This document shows positions 1 to 9,597 of a stretch of 64,000 bases of DNA, in pieces. Under the pieces are notes generated by a model, which ran no database searches, was not told where the DNA came from, and saw nothing but the letters and a program-made list of their open reading frames with translations. A program made the position numbers and the translations under genes. Numbering within the stretch: the first letter of the stretch is position 1; each line of letters begins with the position of its first letter. Origin of the DNA: Opitutales bacterium (GTDB lineage: Bacteria; Verrucomicrobiota; Verrucomicrobiia; Opitutales; UBA953); assembly GCA_040398005.1 (NCBI GenBank), contig JBBAUX010000001.1, positions 258,847 through 322,846 of the forward strand, in the 5' to 3' direction.

Positions 1-596
1 AAAGTAACAATCGGAACTTGGAACTGACTCATCTCACGTAGATTGACCGCAATGGCTTCGGCGACGTGACGTTCTTCCGATCCGATTCCGGGGAAGGCAC
101 CTGGAGTGTCGACCAAGGTAATAATCGGCAATTTGAAAGTGTGCGCCATTTTCATGAGACGCAGGGCTTTGCGATAACCTTCAGGATTAGGGCAACCAAA
201 GTTGCGACGTAAATTTTCTTTGGTGTCGCGACCTTTTTGTTGTCCGATAATCATCACCGGCTGACCTTCAAAAAATGCGGTACCACCCACGATGGATTCG
301 TCGTCCATGTAAAGACGGTCACCGTGGAGCTCTTGGAAGTCGTCGCACAACATATTGATGTAGTCGAGCGAGTAGGGGCGACGAGGGTGACGCGCTAATT
401 GCACGCGCTGCCAAGGGTTGAGATTGCCGTAAATATCGCGACGGGTTTGTTCGAGCTTCGCCTCCAAGGAATTCACTTCCTTGGTGACGTTGATGCCCGC
501 AGATTCAGATGAGGCACGGAGGGCAGCAATTTTGTCCTCCAACTCACGGATGGGCTTTTCGAACTCTAAAGTGAAGCGTGGCTTCGTAACAGACAT
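1..596 (-). CDS. accA: Acetyl-CoA carboxylase carboxyltransferase alpha subunit (runs off the left edge of the window)
   Basis: Manual minus-strand translation from ATG at 596: [20 protein letters not shown]...[21 protein letters not shown]...HGDRLYMDD...[31 protein letters not shown]...[14 protein letters not shown]. Confidence 0.95.
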   Translation of the reverse strand, partial: MSVTKPRFTLEFEKPIRELEDKIAALRASSESAGINVTKEVNSLEAKLEQTRRDIYGNLNPWQRVQLARHPRRPYSLDYINMLCDDFQELHGDRLYMDDESIVGGTAFFEGQPVMIIGQQKGRDTKENLRRNFGCPNPEGYRKALRLMKMAHTFKLPIITLVDTPGAFPGIGSEERHVAEAIAVNLREMSQFQVPIVT

Positions 597-845
597 GCCA
601 CCTTAATAGGACAGTTGGGGCCAGTAGAGCAAATGGAATAGGGAGCCCTAAGCCCCAAAATCTGTCAATTTAGCCCTATTTTATGAAGGTTTTGAATTAT
701 TTGGGATTTTGTTGGGGCCCAAGCAGGGATTTCACTCTGTCGTATCGCATTCGCCGTGCGCATTTAAAGTCCTCCATCACTTCAAATAAACCATTCACGA
801 TTTGCCTGAAAACTTATTTGGGTTAGTTTAAATACTTCCATTTAC

Positions 846-2012
846 ATGTTTCCTCTCGATCAACGTAAAAACTGGTATTCAGGGCAAGGGCTGTGGGCGA
901 ATGTGCCAGCAAAAGATTGGAACGACTGGACTTGGCAGTTGCGAAATCGAATCACGACTTTGGCGCAGCTCGAGCAGTGGATGAAGTTGACCCCTGACGA
1001 AAAAGAAGGATGTCTTTTTGCCGCCCATAAACTTTCGTTAGCGATTACTCCTTATTATTTTAATCTGATTGATACCAAGAATCCGGAATGTCCGATTCGT
1101 AAACAGGTCATTCCTAATATCAAAGAATCCTATATCGCTCCGGGTGAGTCATCCGACCCCGTAGGCGAAGAGGGCACGATGCCCGTTCCAGGAATCGTTC
1201 ACCGCTATCCGGACCGCGTTTTGTTTTTAGTGACTGATCGATGCGCTTCGTACTGTCGCTACTGCACGCGCAGTCGTTTAGTCTCGAACGCCCAGTCCTA
1301 TGACTTCCATCCCGAGCTCGAACAAGGTTTGAAGTATATTGAAAGTCACCCCGAGATCCGCGATGTGCTGATTTCAGGGGGCGACCCCTTACTACTCTCG
1401 GACGCCAAAATTGATTCGCTGCTTGGTCGCCTCCGTGCGATTCCGCATGTCGAGTTTATCAGAATGGGTTCACGCATTCCGGTTTTTCTTCCGCAGAGAA
1501 TTACGCCTGAATTAGCAGAAATTTTCCGTAAACACGGGCCCATCTGGATGAGCATCCACACCAATCATCCTAAAGAGGTCACCCAGGAACTCGCCGCGGC
1601 TTGTGAACGCCTATCTTTAGCGGGTGTGCCGTTAGGAAATCAGTCCGTTTTATTAGACGGTATCAACGACAGCGTTGAAGTCATGAAATCATTGGTTCAC
1701 CGACTTCTCATGATTAGAGTGCGTCCTTATTATTTATATGCCTGTGATTTGATTGAAGGGTCTACGCATTTTCGTGCGCCGATCCAAAAAGGAATCGAAA
1801 TTATCCGTGGATTACGCGGACATACCACTGGTTACAGTATTCCCCAGTTGGTCGTCGATGGGCCAGGCGGTGGTGGCAAAATCCCGCTCAATCCTGAATA
1901 CGTCCAAGCCATACACGATGGCGTCTTAGAATTAAGAAATTTTGAAGATAGGACTTATATTTACCCGACTGGAAATAAGTTACCTGAGCCAACCCCTAAG
2001 TTACTCGACTAA
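846..2012 (+). CDS. KamA family radical SAM enzyme (lysine 2,3-aminomutase-like)
   Basis: W..WTWQL N-terminus, HRYPDRVLFLVTDRCASYCRYCTR (CxxxCxxC), SGGDPL, NQSVLL, GGGGKIP (PLP lysine). Confidence 0.9.
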   Translation: MFPLDQRKNWYSGQGLWANVPAKDWNDWTWQLRNRITTLAQLEQWMKLTPDEKEGCLFAAHKLSLAITPYYFNLIDTKNPECPIRKQVIPNIKESYIAPGESSDPVGEEGTMPVPGIVHRYPDRVLFLVTDRCASYCRYCTRSRLVSNAQSYDFHPELEQGLKYIESHPEIRDVLISGGDPLLLSDAKIDSLLGRLRAIPHVEFIRMGSRIPVFLPQRITPELAEIFRKHGPIWMSIHTNHPKEVTQELAAACERLSLAGVPLGNQSVLLDGINDSVEVMKSLVHRLLMIRVRPYYLYACDLIEGSTHFRAPIQKGIEIIRGLRGHTTGYSIPQLVVDGPGGGGKIPLNPEYVQAIHDGVLELRNFEDRTYIYPTGNKLPEPTPKLLD

Positions 2013-2016
2013 AGTA

Positions 2017-2145
2017 TTAGGGGTAGGATTTTGGAGTATTTTTAGTATCCCATTCGTCACTTCCCAGACCATGTCGATCGCAGCTGACTAAGGTAAAGAA
2101 CATTAAAGACCCTATGATAAGTGCTAAAATTGTAAGCGGGCGCAT
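2017..2145 (-). CDS. Putative 42-aa lipoprotein (below the ORF track cutoff)
   Basis: MRPLTILALIIGSLMFFTLVSCDRHGLGSDEWDTKNTPKSYP*: basic N-terminus, hydrophobic core, LVS-C lipobox; fills the gap between the KamA gene and tRNA-Arg. Confidence 0.6.
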   Translation of the reverse strand: MRPLTILALIIGSLMFFTLVSCDRHGLGSDEWDTKNTPKSYP

Positions 2146-2202
2146 GCGGTGGCTACTTGTGGAATCATTATATAAAATAAGAAACAACTATAATAGCAAA
2201 TA

Positions 2203-2234
2203 ATTCACCCTGAGAGGGTTTCTCGAGGGTGAAG
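2203..2234 (-). terminator. Hairpin downstream of tRNA-Arg
   Basis: TTCACCCT-GAGA...TCTC-GAGGGTGAA inverted repeat immediately 3' of the tRNA. Confidence 0.55.
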
Positions 2235-2241
2235 TTTAAAG

Positions 2242-2316
2242 TGGTGGGCCCGTAGGGATTCGAACCCCAAACGTCTGATCCGTAGTCAGAAATGATATCC
2301 ATTTCACCACGAGCCC
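2242..2316 (-). tRNA. tRNA-Arg(ACG)
   Basis: Reverse complement GGGCTCGTGGTGAAATGGATATCATTTCTGACTACGGATCAGACGTTTGGGGTTCGAATCCCTACGGGCCCACCA; anticodon arm TCTGA-CTACGGA-TCAGA; CCA encoded. Confidence 0.95.
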
Positions 2317-2371
2317 AGTGAAGGGTTAAAAGAACTGACTACAGGGTCTAAGGCAAGGAATTTTTAAAAAA

Positions 2372-3061
2372 TCACTTTTTTGCCCTATGAAGTGCAACGG
2401 TACCGCACAAAAACAGTTCATAGCTCACTTCGCTAAACCCGGCCTTTTTAAGTTCAACGACCAAGCCATCAGCATTAGGAAAATCGGCGATGCTGGATCC
2501 GAGGTAACGATACGCGCCAAAATCCCCCGTGAGTATGCCTGCCAAAATCGGTGAAATGATCCGTACGTGGATAAAATGTAACGGCCAAAAGAGTTTGGAG
2601 GGTTGAGAAAATTCTAAAATAAAAACGGAACCGTTATGCTGAGTGATGCGGGCAAGTTCTTTTAATCCCTGTTCGCGATGCTCAAAATTTCTTACCCCGT
2701 AAGCGATGGTCACAGCTTCACAGCTGGCATCGGCGATAGGCAACTTCATGCAATCGCCGGTGAGGAATTCGACAGATTTTTTTTCATGGGCCGCGCGATG
2801 ACGGGCAATGTCGAGCATCGGTTCACAAAAATCATATCCGGTAATCTTGGTGATAGAAGGGAGAGACTGACTCATGGCGATGGCCACGTCGCCGCTGCCC
2901 GTGGCGAGGTCGACGACTTCTCCAGGATTGAGCTTGGCTACGCTGGCAATGAGTCGATTTCGCCAAAGCACACAGAGTCCAAAACTTAAGACGCGATTCG
3001 CCAAGTCATACCGCGAGGCAATGCCTGAAAACATTTGATTAACTACATTACCTTGAGCCAT
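2372..3061 (-). CDS. ubiE: UbiE/MenG family quinone C-methyltransferase
   Basis: VNQMFSGIASRYDLANRVLSFG, DLATGSGD SAM-binding motif, YGVRN, ILEFSQP, AYRYL. Confidence 0.88.
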   Translation of the reverse strand: MAQGNVVNQMFSGIASRYDLANRVLSFGLCVLWRNRLIASVAKLNPGEVVDLATGSGDVAIAMSQSLPSITKITGYDFCEPMLDIARHRAAHEKKSVEFLTGDCMKLPIADASCEAVTIAYGVRNFEHREQGLKELARITQHNGSVFILEFSQPSKLFWPLHFIHVRIISPILAGILTGDFGAYRYLGSSIADFPNADGLVVELKKAGFSEVSYELFLCGTVALHRAKK

Positions 3062-3108
3062 GCCCAACGCTTCAATGAATCGGGTAGAAGGTCAAGTCAT
3101 CCACCCAC

Positions 3109-4185
3109 TTAACGAAAAATCCCACCGCCCAATAAAACATGGTCGCGGTAAATCGCTACTACCTGTCCGGGGGCCAATCCTCTTTGGGTATCTTTGAATT
3201 TGAATGTCACGCTGCCATCCGCTTCGGGTATAAATTTAGCCCAGGTGGATGCGTCGCGATAACGCACGCGCACTTCAATATCTTGTTCCGTGGTTACGGG
3301 CTGATTGATCCAGCTGAAGTTGTAGGCCTTGGCTTCGTTGGTATATAAATCAGGCGTACCTGGTTTATCAAAAGCCACATGAAGCGTATTGGTTGTGAAA
3401 TCTTTTTTGGTAACCACGAAGTATTCGTTGTCCGTATTCGAGGGCAGTCCGATTCCTTTGCGCTGACCGATGGTGTAGCGATGTAGGCCTCGATGTTGTC
3501 CAATGGTTTTGCCGTCGGCCCTGACAATCGGTCCAGGTTGATCGGCGATGTGTTTTTCGAGAAAATCTTGAACGGGCACTTGTCCTAAGAAACAAATACC
3601 TTGGCTGTCTTTGCGCGTAGCATTGGGCAGTTGGGCTTCCTCGGCTAATTTTCGAATTTCTGATTTATTAAAATCTCCAATAGGGAAGAGCACTTGGGCT
3701 ATTTGGCTTTGTTGGAGGAGGGCCAAAAAGTACGACTGATCTTTCTGGGGGTCGACTCCTTCAAGTAAATCAAACGTCCCGTCGGCATTAACCCGTCGAC
3801 GCACATAATGTCCGGTCGCAATCGCATCATAGCCTTCTTGCAGTGCGTGTTGGAGGAAAACTCCAAATTTCATTTCTCGATTACAAATAATATCGGGGTT
3901 CGGAGTGAGCCCGCGACGGTATCCGTCCACCAAATATTGAACCACTTTGTCGCGATAGTCTTTTACGAGGTCGATAATCTTGAAGGGAATTTTAAGATGT
4001 TCGGCTACCGCTTGGGCGTTACGGACATCATCCTCCCATGGACATTCACCAGGGAAGGGCAGGCCTTCTTCGTTCATCCATGTTCTGAAATAGGCACCAT
4101 GCACCTCGTGGCCTTGCTGTTTGAGGAGCAAGGCTGCGACCGCGCTGTCAACGCCGCCGGAAAGGGCTACAAGGATTTTGGCCAT
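3109..4185 (-). CDS. mnmA: tRNA 2-thiouridine(34) synthase
   Basis: SGGVDSAV, TPNPDIICN, ATGHY, KDQSYFL, DSQGICF, YTIGQRKG, APGQ. Confidence 0.96.
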   Translation of the reverse strand: MAKILVALSGGVDSAVAALLLKQQGHEVHGAYFRTWMNEEGLPFPGECPWEDDVRNAQAVAEHLKIPFKIIDLVKDYRDKVVQYLVDGYRRGLTPNPDIICNREMKFGVFLQHALQEGYDAIATGHYVRRRVNADGTFDLLEGVDPQKDQSYFLALLQQSQIAQVLFPIGDFNKSEIRKLAEEAQLPNATRKDSQGICFLGQVPVQDFLEKHIADQPGPIVRADGKTIGQHRGLHRYTIGQRKGIGLPSNTDNEYFVVTKKDFTTNTLHVAFDKPGTPDLYTNEAKAYNFSWINQPVTTEQDIEVRVRYRDASTWAKFIPEADGSVTFKFKDTQRGLAPGQVVAIYRDHVLLGGGIFR

Positions 4186-4300
4186 CTTTTCATAAGTTAG
4201 ATAAATTCTGCCCCGTGGGGCGAGAAAGGAAACTTAGTCATAGGCCCAATCGACGTGTTAGTCCCTTGCCAGCGGTCCCTTGATTGATTTTACTTCGCCC

Positions 4301-4885
4301 ATGCGTCTCGGACTAGCCTTCCTTCTGATGAGTCTCACCCCCCTTTGGGCCCAATCCAACCTAGCGGCGGGCATGCAACAGGATATTGCCGACTTAAAAA
4401 CGGAAGTAGAAAAACTCAAATTGGAAAATCAGGACCTGCGCGAATCGATTTCCCGTCAGCGCGCTTCGGCCGCTCCCGCAAGTTCACCCAGCGAAGCGAA
4501 TGCCAAACAGCGTAAAGAAGTTTTAGACGAAGTGGATCGTCGTTTGAAAAGTCAGACGAAGGAAGTGAATGCGGCCTTGGCCGAACTCACCCGCCAAGTG
4601 AATGCGACTTTAGCAAAAAATAATTCAGCTCCAACCAAGACTAAATCGCCAGCTCCCGCAGCGACGGCGGAAACTCCTGCGGTGGTCGAAGAACCTGCTA
4701 CGACCGAAATGCCACAAACGGGTGTGACTTATAAAGTGGTGCGTGGTGATTCGGTGACACGCATTGCCAAGAAATTTAATTCCAAAACAGAGTGGATCTT
4801 ACAGGCGAATAAATTACCCAACGCCGCTGCCTTGAAAGCCGACGTCGAAATTTTTGTTCCCCAAGCGGAAACTCCAGCTCAATAA
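4301..4885 (+). CDS. Secreted coiled-coil protein with C-terminal LysM domain
   Basis: Signal peptide MRLGLAFLLMSLTPLWA, coiled coil, Pro/Ala/Thr linker, LysM YKVVRGDSVTRIAKKF...ILQAN...IFVP. Confidence 0.85.
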   Translation: MRLGLAFLLMSLTPLWAQSNLAAGMQQDIADLKTEVEKLKLENQDLRESISRQRASAAPASSPSEANAKQRKEVLDEVDRRLKSQTKEVNAALAELTRQVNATLAKNNSAPTKTKSPAPAATAETPAVVEEPATTEMPQTGVTYKVVRGDSVTRIAKKFNSKTEWILQANKLPNAAALKADVEIFVPQAETPAQ

Positions 4886-4891
4886 TTTTAC

Positions 4892-5788
4892 ATGGCAACT
4901 CCTCCCAAAAAATCGCTCGGTCGCGGACTCGGTTCCCTCATTGGTGCCGGTATCACTAAGTCCTCCACCGAAGCCACCCCCGTCGTCGCCCCTACACCTT
5001 CAGCCCCTGGTTTAACTTTATTGGAAATTTTACTTACTCAAATTATCCCTAACCCACGCCAGCCTCGTCGTGAATTCGATGAAGCCAGTGTGAAGGAATT
5101 AGCTGAATCTATTAGGTCCGAAGGTCTTTTACAGCCGGTCGTGGTCCGTAAAACCAAAGACGGCTTTGAATTAATCGCGGGTGAGCGTCGTTTCCGCGCT
5201 TTCAAGCTGCTCGGACAAAAGACTATTACTGCCCGACTTCTCGAAGCGAGTGATGCGTCGAGTGCCGTTCTCGCTCTAGTCGAAAATTTACAACGCGCGG
5301 ATTTAAATCCGATTGATGAAGCTCTCGGTATCGCCTCCTTGATGCGCGATTTTTCTCTGACTCAAGAGTCGGTAGCTGATCGACTCGGAAAACCTCGTGC
5401 GACCATTGCGAACTCGGTGCGTTTGCTCTCACTCGATCGTGAAATCCAAGGTTACTTATCCAAAGGTCAAATCTCCGCAGGTCATGCCAAGGTTTTACTC
5501 GCGATCGAGAATCTTGCTCACCGTATTCAGGCTACACGTAAAGTGGTGGAAGATGGTTTATCCGTCCGTGCCACCGAAGCGCTGGTTAAAACTTTTGTTA
5601 CCGATAAAAAGAAGATTCATCGCGACAAAGAAAAAACGGTCGTCGAAGATGTCCAAAAGAAAATCGCTTCACACTTATCCGCTAAGGTGCAAGTCACCCG
5701 TAAGGGCAAAAAGGGAACCATTATTATTAGCTATGAAGGTGATGATGACTTAGCGCGCTTGCTCGAAAAATTCGGCATTCGACTCTAA
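4892..5788 (+). CDS. parB: ParB/Spo0J chromosome partitioning protein
   Basis: LGRGLGSLI, PNPRQPR, GLLQPVVVR, LIAGERRFRA, ENLQRADL, HTH region. Confidence 0.93.
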   Translation: MATPPKKSLGRGLGSLIGAGITKSSTEATPVVAPTPSAPGLTLLEILLTQIIPNPRQPRREFDEASVKELAESIRSEGLLQPVVVRKTKDGFELIAGERRFRAFKLLGQKTITARLLEASDASSAVLALVENLQRADLNPIDEALGIASLMRDFSLTQESVADRLGKPRATIANSVRLLSLDREIQGYLSKGQISAGHAKVLLAIENLAHRIQATRKVVEDGLSVRATEALVKTFVTDKKKIHRDKEKTVVEDVQKKIASHLSAKVQVTRKGKKGTIIISYEGDDDLARLLEKFGIRL

Positions 5789-5797
5789 GTTCGAACC

Positions 5798-5831
5798 AAC
5801 AAAAAAGCCCGTGAAGACGGGCTTTTTGTTT
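5798..5831. terminator. Bidirectional rho-independent terminator between parB and sucD
   Basis: AACAAAAAAGCCCGT-GAAG-ACGGGCTTTTTGTTT. Confidence 0.85.
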
Positions 5832-5848
5832 GATGGAGTTTAAATGAA

Positions 5849-6754
5849 TTATCCGCGCCAGACGCGTAATAATGCATCAGCCATGTCGGACGGAGTCGCC
5901 GCAACCGAGATACCACATTCTTGGAATATCTTGATTTTGGCTTCCGCAGTATCTTCAGCTCCGCCGATGACGGCACCGGCGTGACCCATGCGTCGACCCG
6001 CAGGAGCAGTGGCACCGGCGATAAATCCGGCGACCGGTTTCTTGCAGTTCGCTTTGATCCAGCGAGCGGCTTCGACTTCAGCACTGCCACCGATTTCACC
6101 AATCATGATAATCGCTTCGGTTTCAGGATCTTCATTAAAGAGTTTAATCACATCGAGGTGAGAGGTGCCATTGACGGGGTCGCCACCAATGCCCACGCAG
6201 GTGGATTGTCCGTGTCCTTTACATGTGAGTTGCCAGACAGCTTCGTAGGTGAGGGTGCCAGAGCGGGAAACAACGCCAACTTTTCCGCGTTTGTGAATGT
6301 AACCAGGGGCGATGCCGATACGGCAGCCACCATGAGATTTATCACCACGGCCAGGAGTTACGACGCCTGGGCAGTTAGGGCCGATTAAGCGTGTGCGACG
6401 GCCCTGCATGGCTCGTTTTGCACGCACCATGTCACGTACCGGAATACCTTCGGTGATGGCGACTGCGAGGTCGAGATCCGCATCAAAACATTCGAGAATC
6501 GCATCTGCCGCAAAGGGAGGAGGTACGAAAATTGCAGAGACCGTTGCACCCGTTTGTTTAGCCGCATCGGCAACCGTATTAAAAATAGGAACTTTCACGC
6601 CGTTGTGTTCGAAGACCTGTCCGCCTTTACCTGGAGTGACACCAGCGACGATTTGTGAACCGTAGTCGATAGAAAGTCTTGCATGGCGACCACCGAAATC
6701 TCCGGTGATGCCTTGAACTAAGACGCGTGTTTTTTCGTGAACGAGAATAGACAT
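5849..6754 (-). CDS. sucD: Succinyl-CoA ligase alpha subunit
   Basis: [42 protein letters not shown] (phospho-His). Confidence 0.97.
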   Translation of the reverse strand: MSILVHEKTRVLVQGITGDFGGRHARLSIDYGSQIVAGVTPGKGGQVFEHNGVKVPIFNTVADAAKQTGATVSAIFVPPPFAADAILECFDADLDLAVAITEGIPVRDMVRAKRAMQGRRTRLIGPNCPGVVTPGRGDKSHGGCRIGIAPGYIHKRGKVGVVSRSGTLTYEAVWQLTCKGHGQSTCVGIGGDPVNGTSHLDVIKLFNEDPETEAIIMIGEIGGSAEVEAARWIKANCKKPVAGFIAGATAPAGRRMGHAGAVIGGAEDTAEAKIKIFQECGISVAATPSDMADALLRVWRG

Positions 6755-6766
6755 TTTAAAGAGTAA

Positions 6767-7978
6767 TTATTTTTGGTTAACGAGTTTCACGATTTTTTGC
6801 GCCGCATCGGCCATCGTATCGCCCGATACAATCGTCAGTCCGCTATTGGCGAGCGTAGCTTTACCGGCTTCGACGTTGTTTCCTTCGAGGCGAACCACGA
6901 GGGGAAGTTTGAGTCCAGTTTCTTTCACCGCTTCTACGATTCCCGTAGCGATGACGTTGCAATCCATAATACCACCGAAAATATTGACCATAATGCCCTT
7001 AACGTTGGCATCACCTAAGATGATTTTAAAGGCCGCAGTGACTTGTTCTTTGCTCGCTCCGCCGCCGACGTCGAGGAAGTTGGCTGGGCTACCACCGAAG
7101 TGTTGAATGATGTCCATGGTAGACATCGCTAAACCTGCACCATTGACCAAGCAGGCGATATTTCCGTCGAGTGCGATGTACGACAGGCCAAATTTAGAAG
7201 CTTCAATTTCTTTAGAATCCTCTTCGTTTAAATCGCGCAATGCGACGACGTCGGGATGTCTGAAGAGCGCGTTATCGTCGAACGAAACCTTCGCATCGAG
7301 TGCTAGGAGTTTTCCTTCTTGGGTCACGAGCAGGGGATTTACTTCCACCATCGCACAATCTTTGTCCCAGTAGAATTGATAAAGTTTAGTTACTAAGGCT
7401 ACGCACTGTTTGAATAATTCACCGCTGAAACCAAGGGCGAAAGCGATTTGGCGAGCTTGATAGGCTTGGATGCCGACTGCAGGGTCAATTTGTACTTTGA
7501 AAATTTTCTCAGGAGTATGATGGGCAACGTGTTCGATTTCCATGCCGCCTTCGGTGGAGGCAACGATGACCGGGCGAGAGGTCGCGCGATCGAGAAGGAT
7601 AGCTAAATAATATTCATCATCACGACCATCGGGGCGTTTTCCGAGGTTAGCCGCTTCGGTGAAATACAAGGTTTGAACTTTGCGACCTTCAGGACCCGTT
7701 TGGGCGGTGACTAAGATATTACCGAGCATCGCTTTCGCATTCTCGATGGCCTTTTCTCTAGTGGGAGAGAATTTTACACCACCTTTGAATCCATTGGTGA
7801 AGGTTCCTTTACCGCGTCCGCCAGCGTGGATTTGCGATTTAACCATAATACCGGCAGAGGTATTAATTTTATTAAGGGCGGCTTCGAAATCTTGAGCGGA
7901 GTTGACGGCTACACCTTTGGGAGTAGCGACGCCGAACTTCTCAAACAGTTCCTTGGCTTGGTATTCGTGAATATTCAT
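6767..7978 (-). CDS. sucC: Succinyl-CoA ligase beta subunit
   Basis: MNIHEYQAKELF, AGGRGKG, NGAGLAMSTMD, PANFLDVGGG, NIFGGI. Confidence 0.97.
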   Translation of the reverse strand: MNIHEYQAKELFEKFGVATPKGVAVNSAQDFEAALNKINTSAGIMVKSQIHAGGRGKGTFTNGFKGGVKFSPTREKAIENAKAMLGNILVTAQTGPEGRKVQTLYFTEAANLGKRPDGRDDEYYLAILLDRATSRPVIVASTEGGMEIEHVAHHTPEKIFKVQIDPAVGIQAYQARQIAFALGFSGELFKQCVALVTKLYQFYWDKDCAMVEVNPLLVTQEGKLLALDAKVSFDDNALFRHPDVVALRDLNEEDSKEIEASKFGLSYIALDGNIACLVNGAGLAMSTMDIIQHFGGSPANFLDVGGGASKEQVTAAFKIILGDANVKGIMVNIFGGIMDCNVIATGIVEAVKETGLKLPLVVRLEGNNVEAGKATLANSGLTIVSGDTMADAAQKIVKLVNQK

Positions 7979-8034
7979 AAATTAAAAAAGATTACACTAG
8001 GTTAGTGAATCGAGTGAGTCGCTGACTCGCTGGA

Positions 8035-8601
8035 TTAGTTTCCAGTGAGTTCAGATTCTTTTGTTTTCAGTGCTTTTTCGATTTCCTTGGCCCAATTGTC
8101 GGTCTGGGTCTGAATCTCTTTTTCGATGCGCTTCAAATCATCATCCGTCACGACTTTATCTTTATTTCCTTTTTTTGCGATTTCGAGAGCATCGCGGCGG
8201 GCATTGCGCAGACGTACTTTGCCTTCTTCGGCCATGCGATGAGAGACTTTGACCATTTCTTGGCGACGTTCACCTGAAAGTTCGGGCACGGGGCATCTTA
8301 AAAAGTTACCTTGGGGCACGGGATTAATGCCGATATTGGCTGATTGAATCGCTTTACGGATGTCATCCATGACCGCTTTATCAAAGGGCTGAACGACGAT
8401 GGAACGGGCATCCGGGGTGGTAATGGCTGCCATGTCCTTAAGGCGTTGGGTCATGCCATAAGATTCGATATGAACCTGGATGTTTTCGACCATTTGCGGT
8501 GAAGCTTTGCCGGTGTGTAATGAATTAAATTCATTCACTGTCCACTCGACTGCTTTTTTCATTCCGAGTGTGCCGTCGCTAATAATTTTTTTAATATCCA
8601 T
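8035..8601 (-). CDS. frr: Ribosome recycling factor
   Basis: TGKASP, VQPFD, ANIGINP, PELSGERR, RNARRDA; directly downstream of pyrH. Confidence 0.95.
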   Translation of the reverse strand: MDIKKIISDGTLGMKKAVEWTVNEFNSLHTGKASPQMVENIQVHIESYGMTQRLKDMAAITTPDARSIVVQPFDKAVMDDIRKAIQSANIGINPVPQGNFLRCPVPELSGERRQEMVKVSHRMAEEGKVRLRNARRDALEIAKKGNKDKVVTDDDLKRIEKEIQTQTDNWAKEIEKALKTKESELTGN

Positions 8602-8605
8602 AAAT

Positions 8606-9340
8606 TTATTCTACGTGTGTGCCGATCGCTTCGCCCATGATTACTTTTTTGACCGCGCCACGATCCGACATTGAAAATACAATGATTGGAAGTTTATTGG
8701 CTTCACAGAGCGAGAAGGCTTCGGCATCCATGACGCCTAATCGTTGGGTCAGTGCGTCTTGATAGGTGATGTGTGTGAAACGTTTTGCGTCTTTATGTTT
8801 GTGGGGATCTTTATCGTAGATGCCGTCTACTTTCGTAGCTTTGAGAATCGCATCAGCACCGATTTCATTGGCTCGAAGTGCCGCTGCGTAATCGGTCGTG
8901 CAATAAGGATTTCCAGTGCCGGCGACGAAAATTAAAATGCGACCCTGTTCGAGGTGACGTGTGGCGCGACGTTGAATAAAAGGTTCCGCGATACGATCCA
9001 TCGGAATTGCAGTCATCACGCGAACATCGAGTCCGGATTTTTCTAAACGATCCATTAACGCGAGACCATTGATAACAGTGGAGAGCATACCCATGTTGTC
9101 TCCGGTAGTGCGATCGGTGCCATTCGAACGTGCACCGGCGAGGCCTCTAAAAATATTTCCGCCACCGACAACAACGGCCACTTGGGTTCCAATTTCTTTT
9201 AAAGATTTTAATTCGTCGGCCAGGCGGTCGAGGACGTCGCTATCGATAGTCTGTCCGGTTTGGTCGTTACGAAGGGCCTCCCCGCTAATCTTGAGGACTA
9301 CTCGGCGATACTTCGGCTGGTTTGGGGAAGTTGCGGGCAT
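8606..9340 (-). CDS. pyrH: UMP kinase
   Basis: RVVLKISGEAL, VVGGGNIFRG, GTGNPY, KATKVDGIYDKDP. Confidence 0.96.
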   Translation of the reverse strand: MPATSPNQPKYRRVVLKISGEALRNDQTGQTIDSDVLDRLADELKSLKEIGTQVAVVVGGGNIFRGLAGARSNGTDRTTGDNMGMLSTVINGLALMDRLEKSGLDVRVMTAIPMDRIAEPFIQRRATRHLEQGRILIFVAGTGNPYCTTDYAAALRANEIGADAILKATKVDGIYDKDPHKHKDAKRFTHITYQDALTQRLGVMDAEAFSLCEANKLPIIVFSMSDRGAVKKVIMGEAIGTHVE

Positions 9341-9432
9341 ATAGGGGAGATGTACGAGAGAGCCGTTCTCGTCAATCTTCGCCTTGTCACGCTTGACTTT
9401 CTACCCCCAAAAGCACTTTAGTGCGGGTCTGC

Positions 9433-9503
9433 AGTCCGATGGTGTAACGGTAGCACAGGAAATTTTGGTTTTCCTTGTCCAGGTTCGAATCCTGGTCGGA
9501 CTA
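9433..9503 (+). tRNA. tRNA-Gln(TTG), CCA not encoded
   Basis: AGTCCGA/TCGGACT acceptor stem, anticodon arm GGAAA-TTTTGGT-TTTCC, T arm CCAGG-TTCGAAT-CCTGG. Confidence 0.92.
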
Positions 9504-9542
9504 CAGATAATTTTAGGTCCCCAGTTTTGGCCTGATCAGGCT

Positions 9543-9580
9543 AAACGAAAGAACCCCGATCTCCGGGGCTCTTTTCGTTT
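9543..9580. terminator. Terminator between tRNA-Gln and efp
   Basis: AAACGAAAGAACCCCG-ATCTC-CGGGGCTCTTTTCGTTT. Confidence 0.7.
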
Positions 9581-9597
9581 AACTTGGTTGGCTAGGC

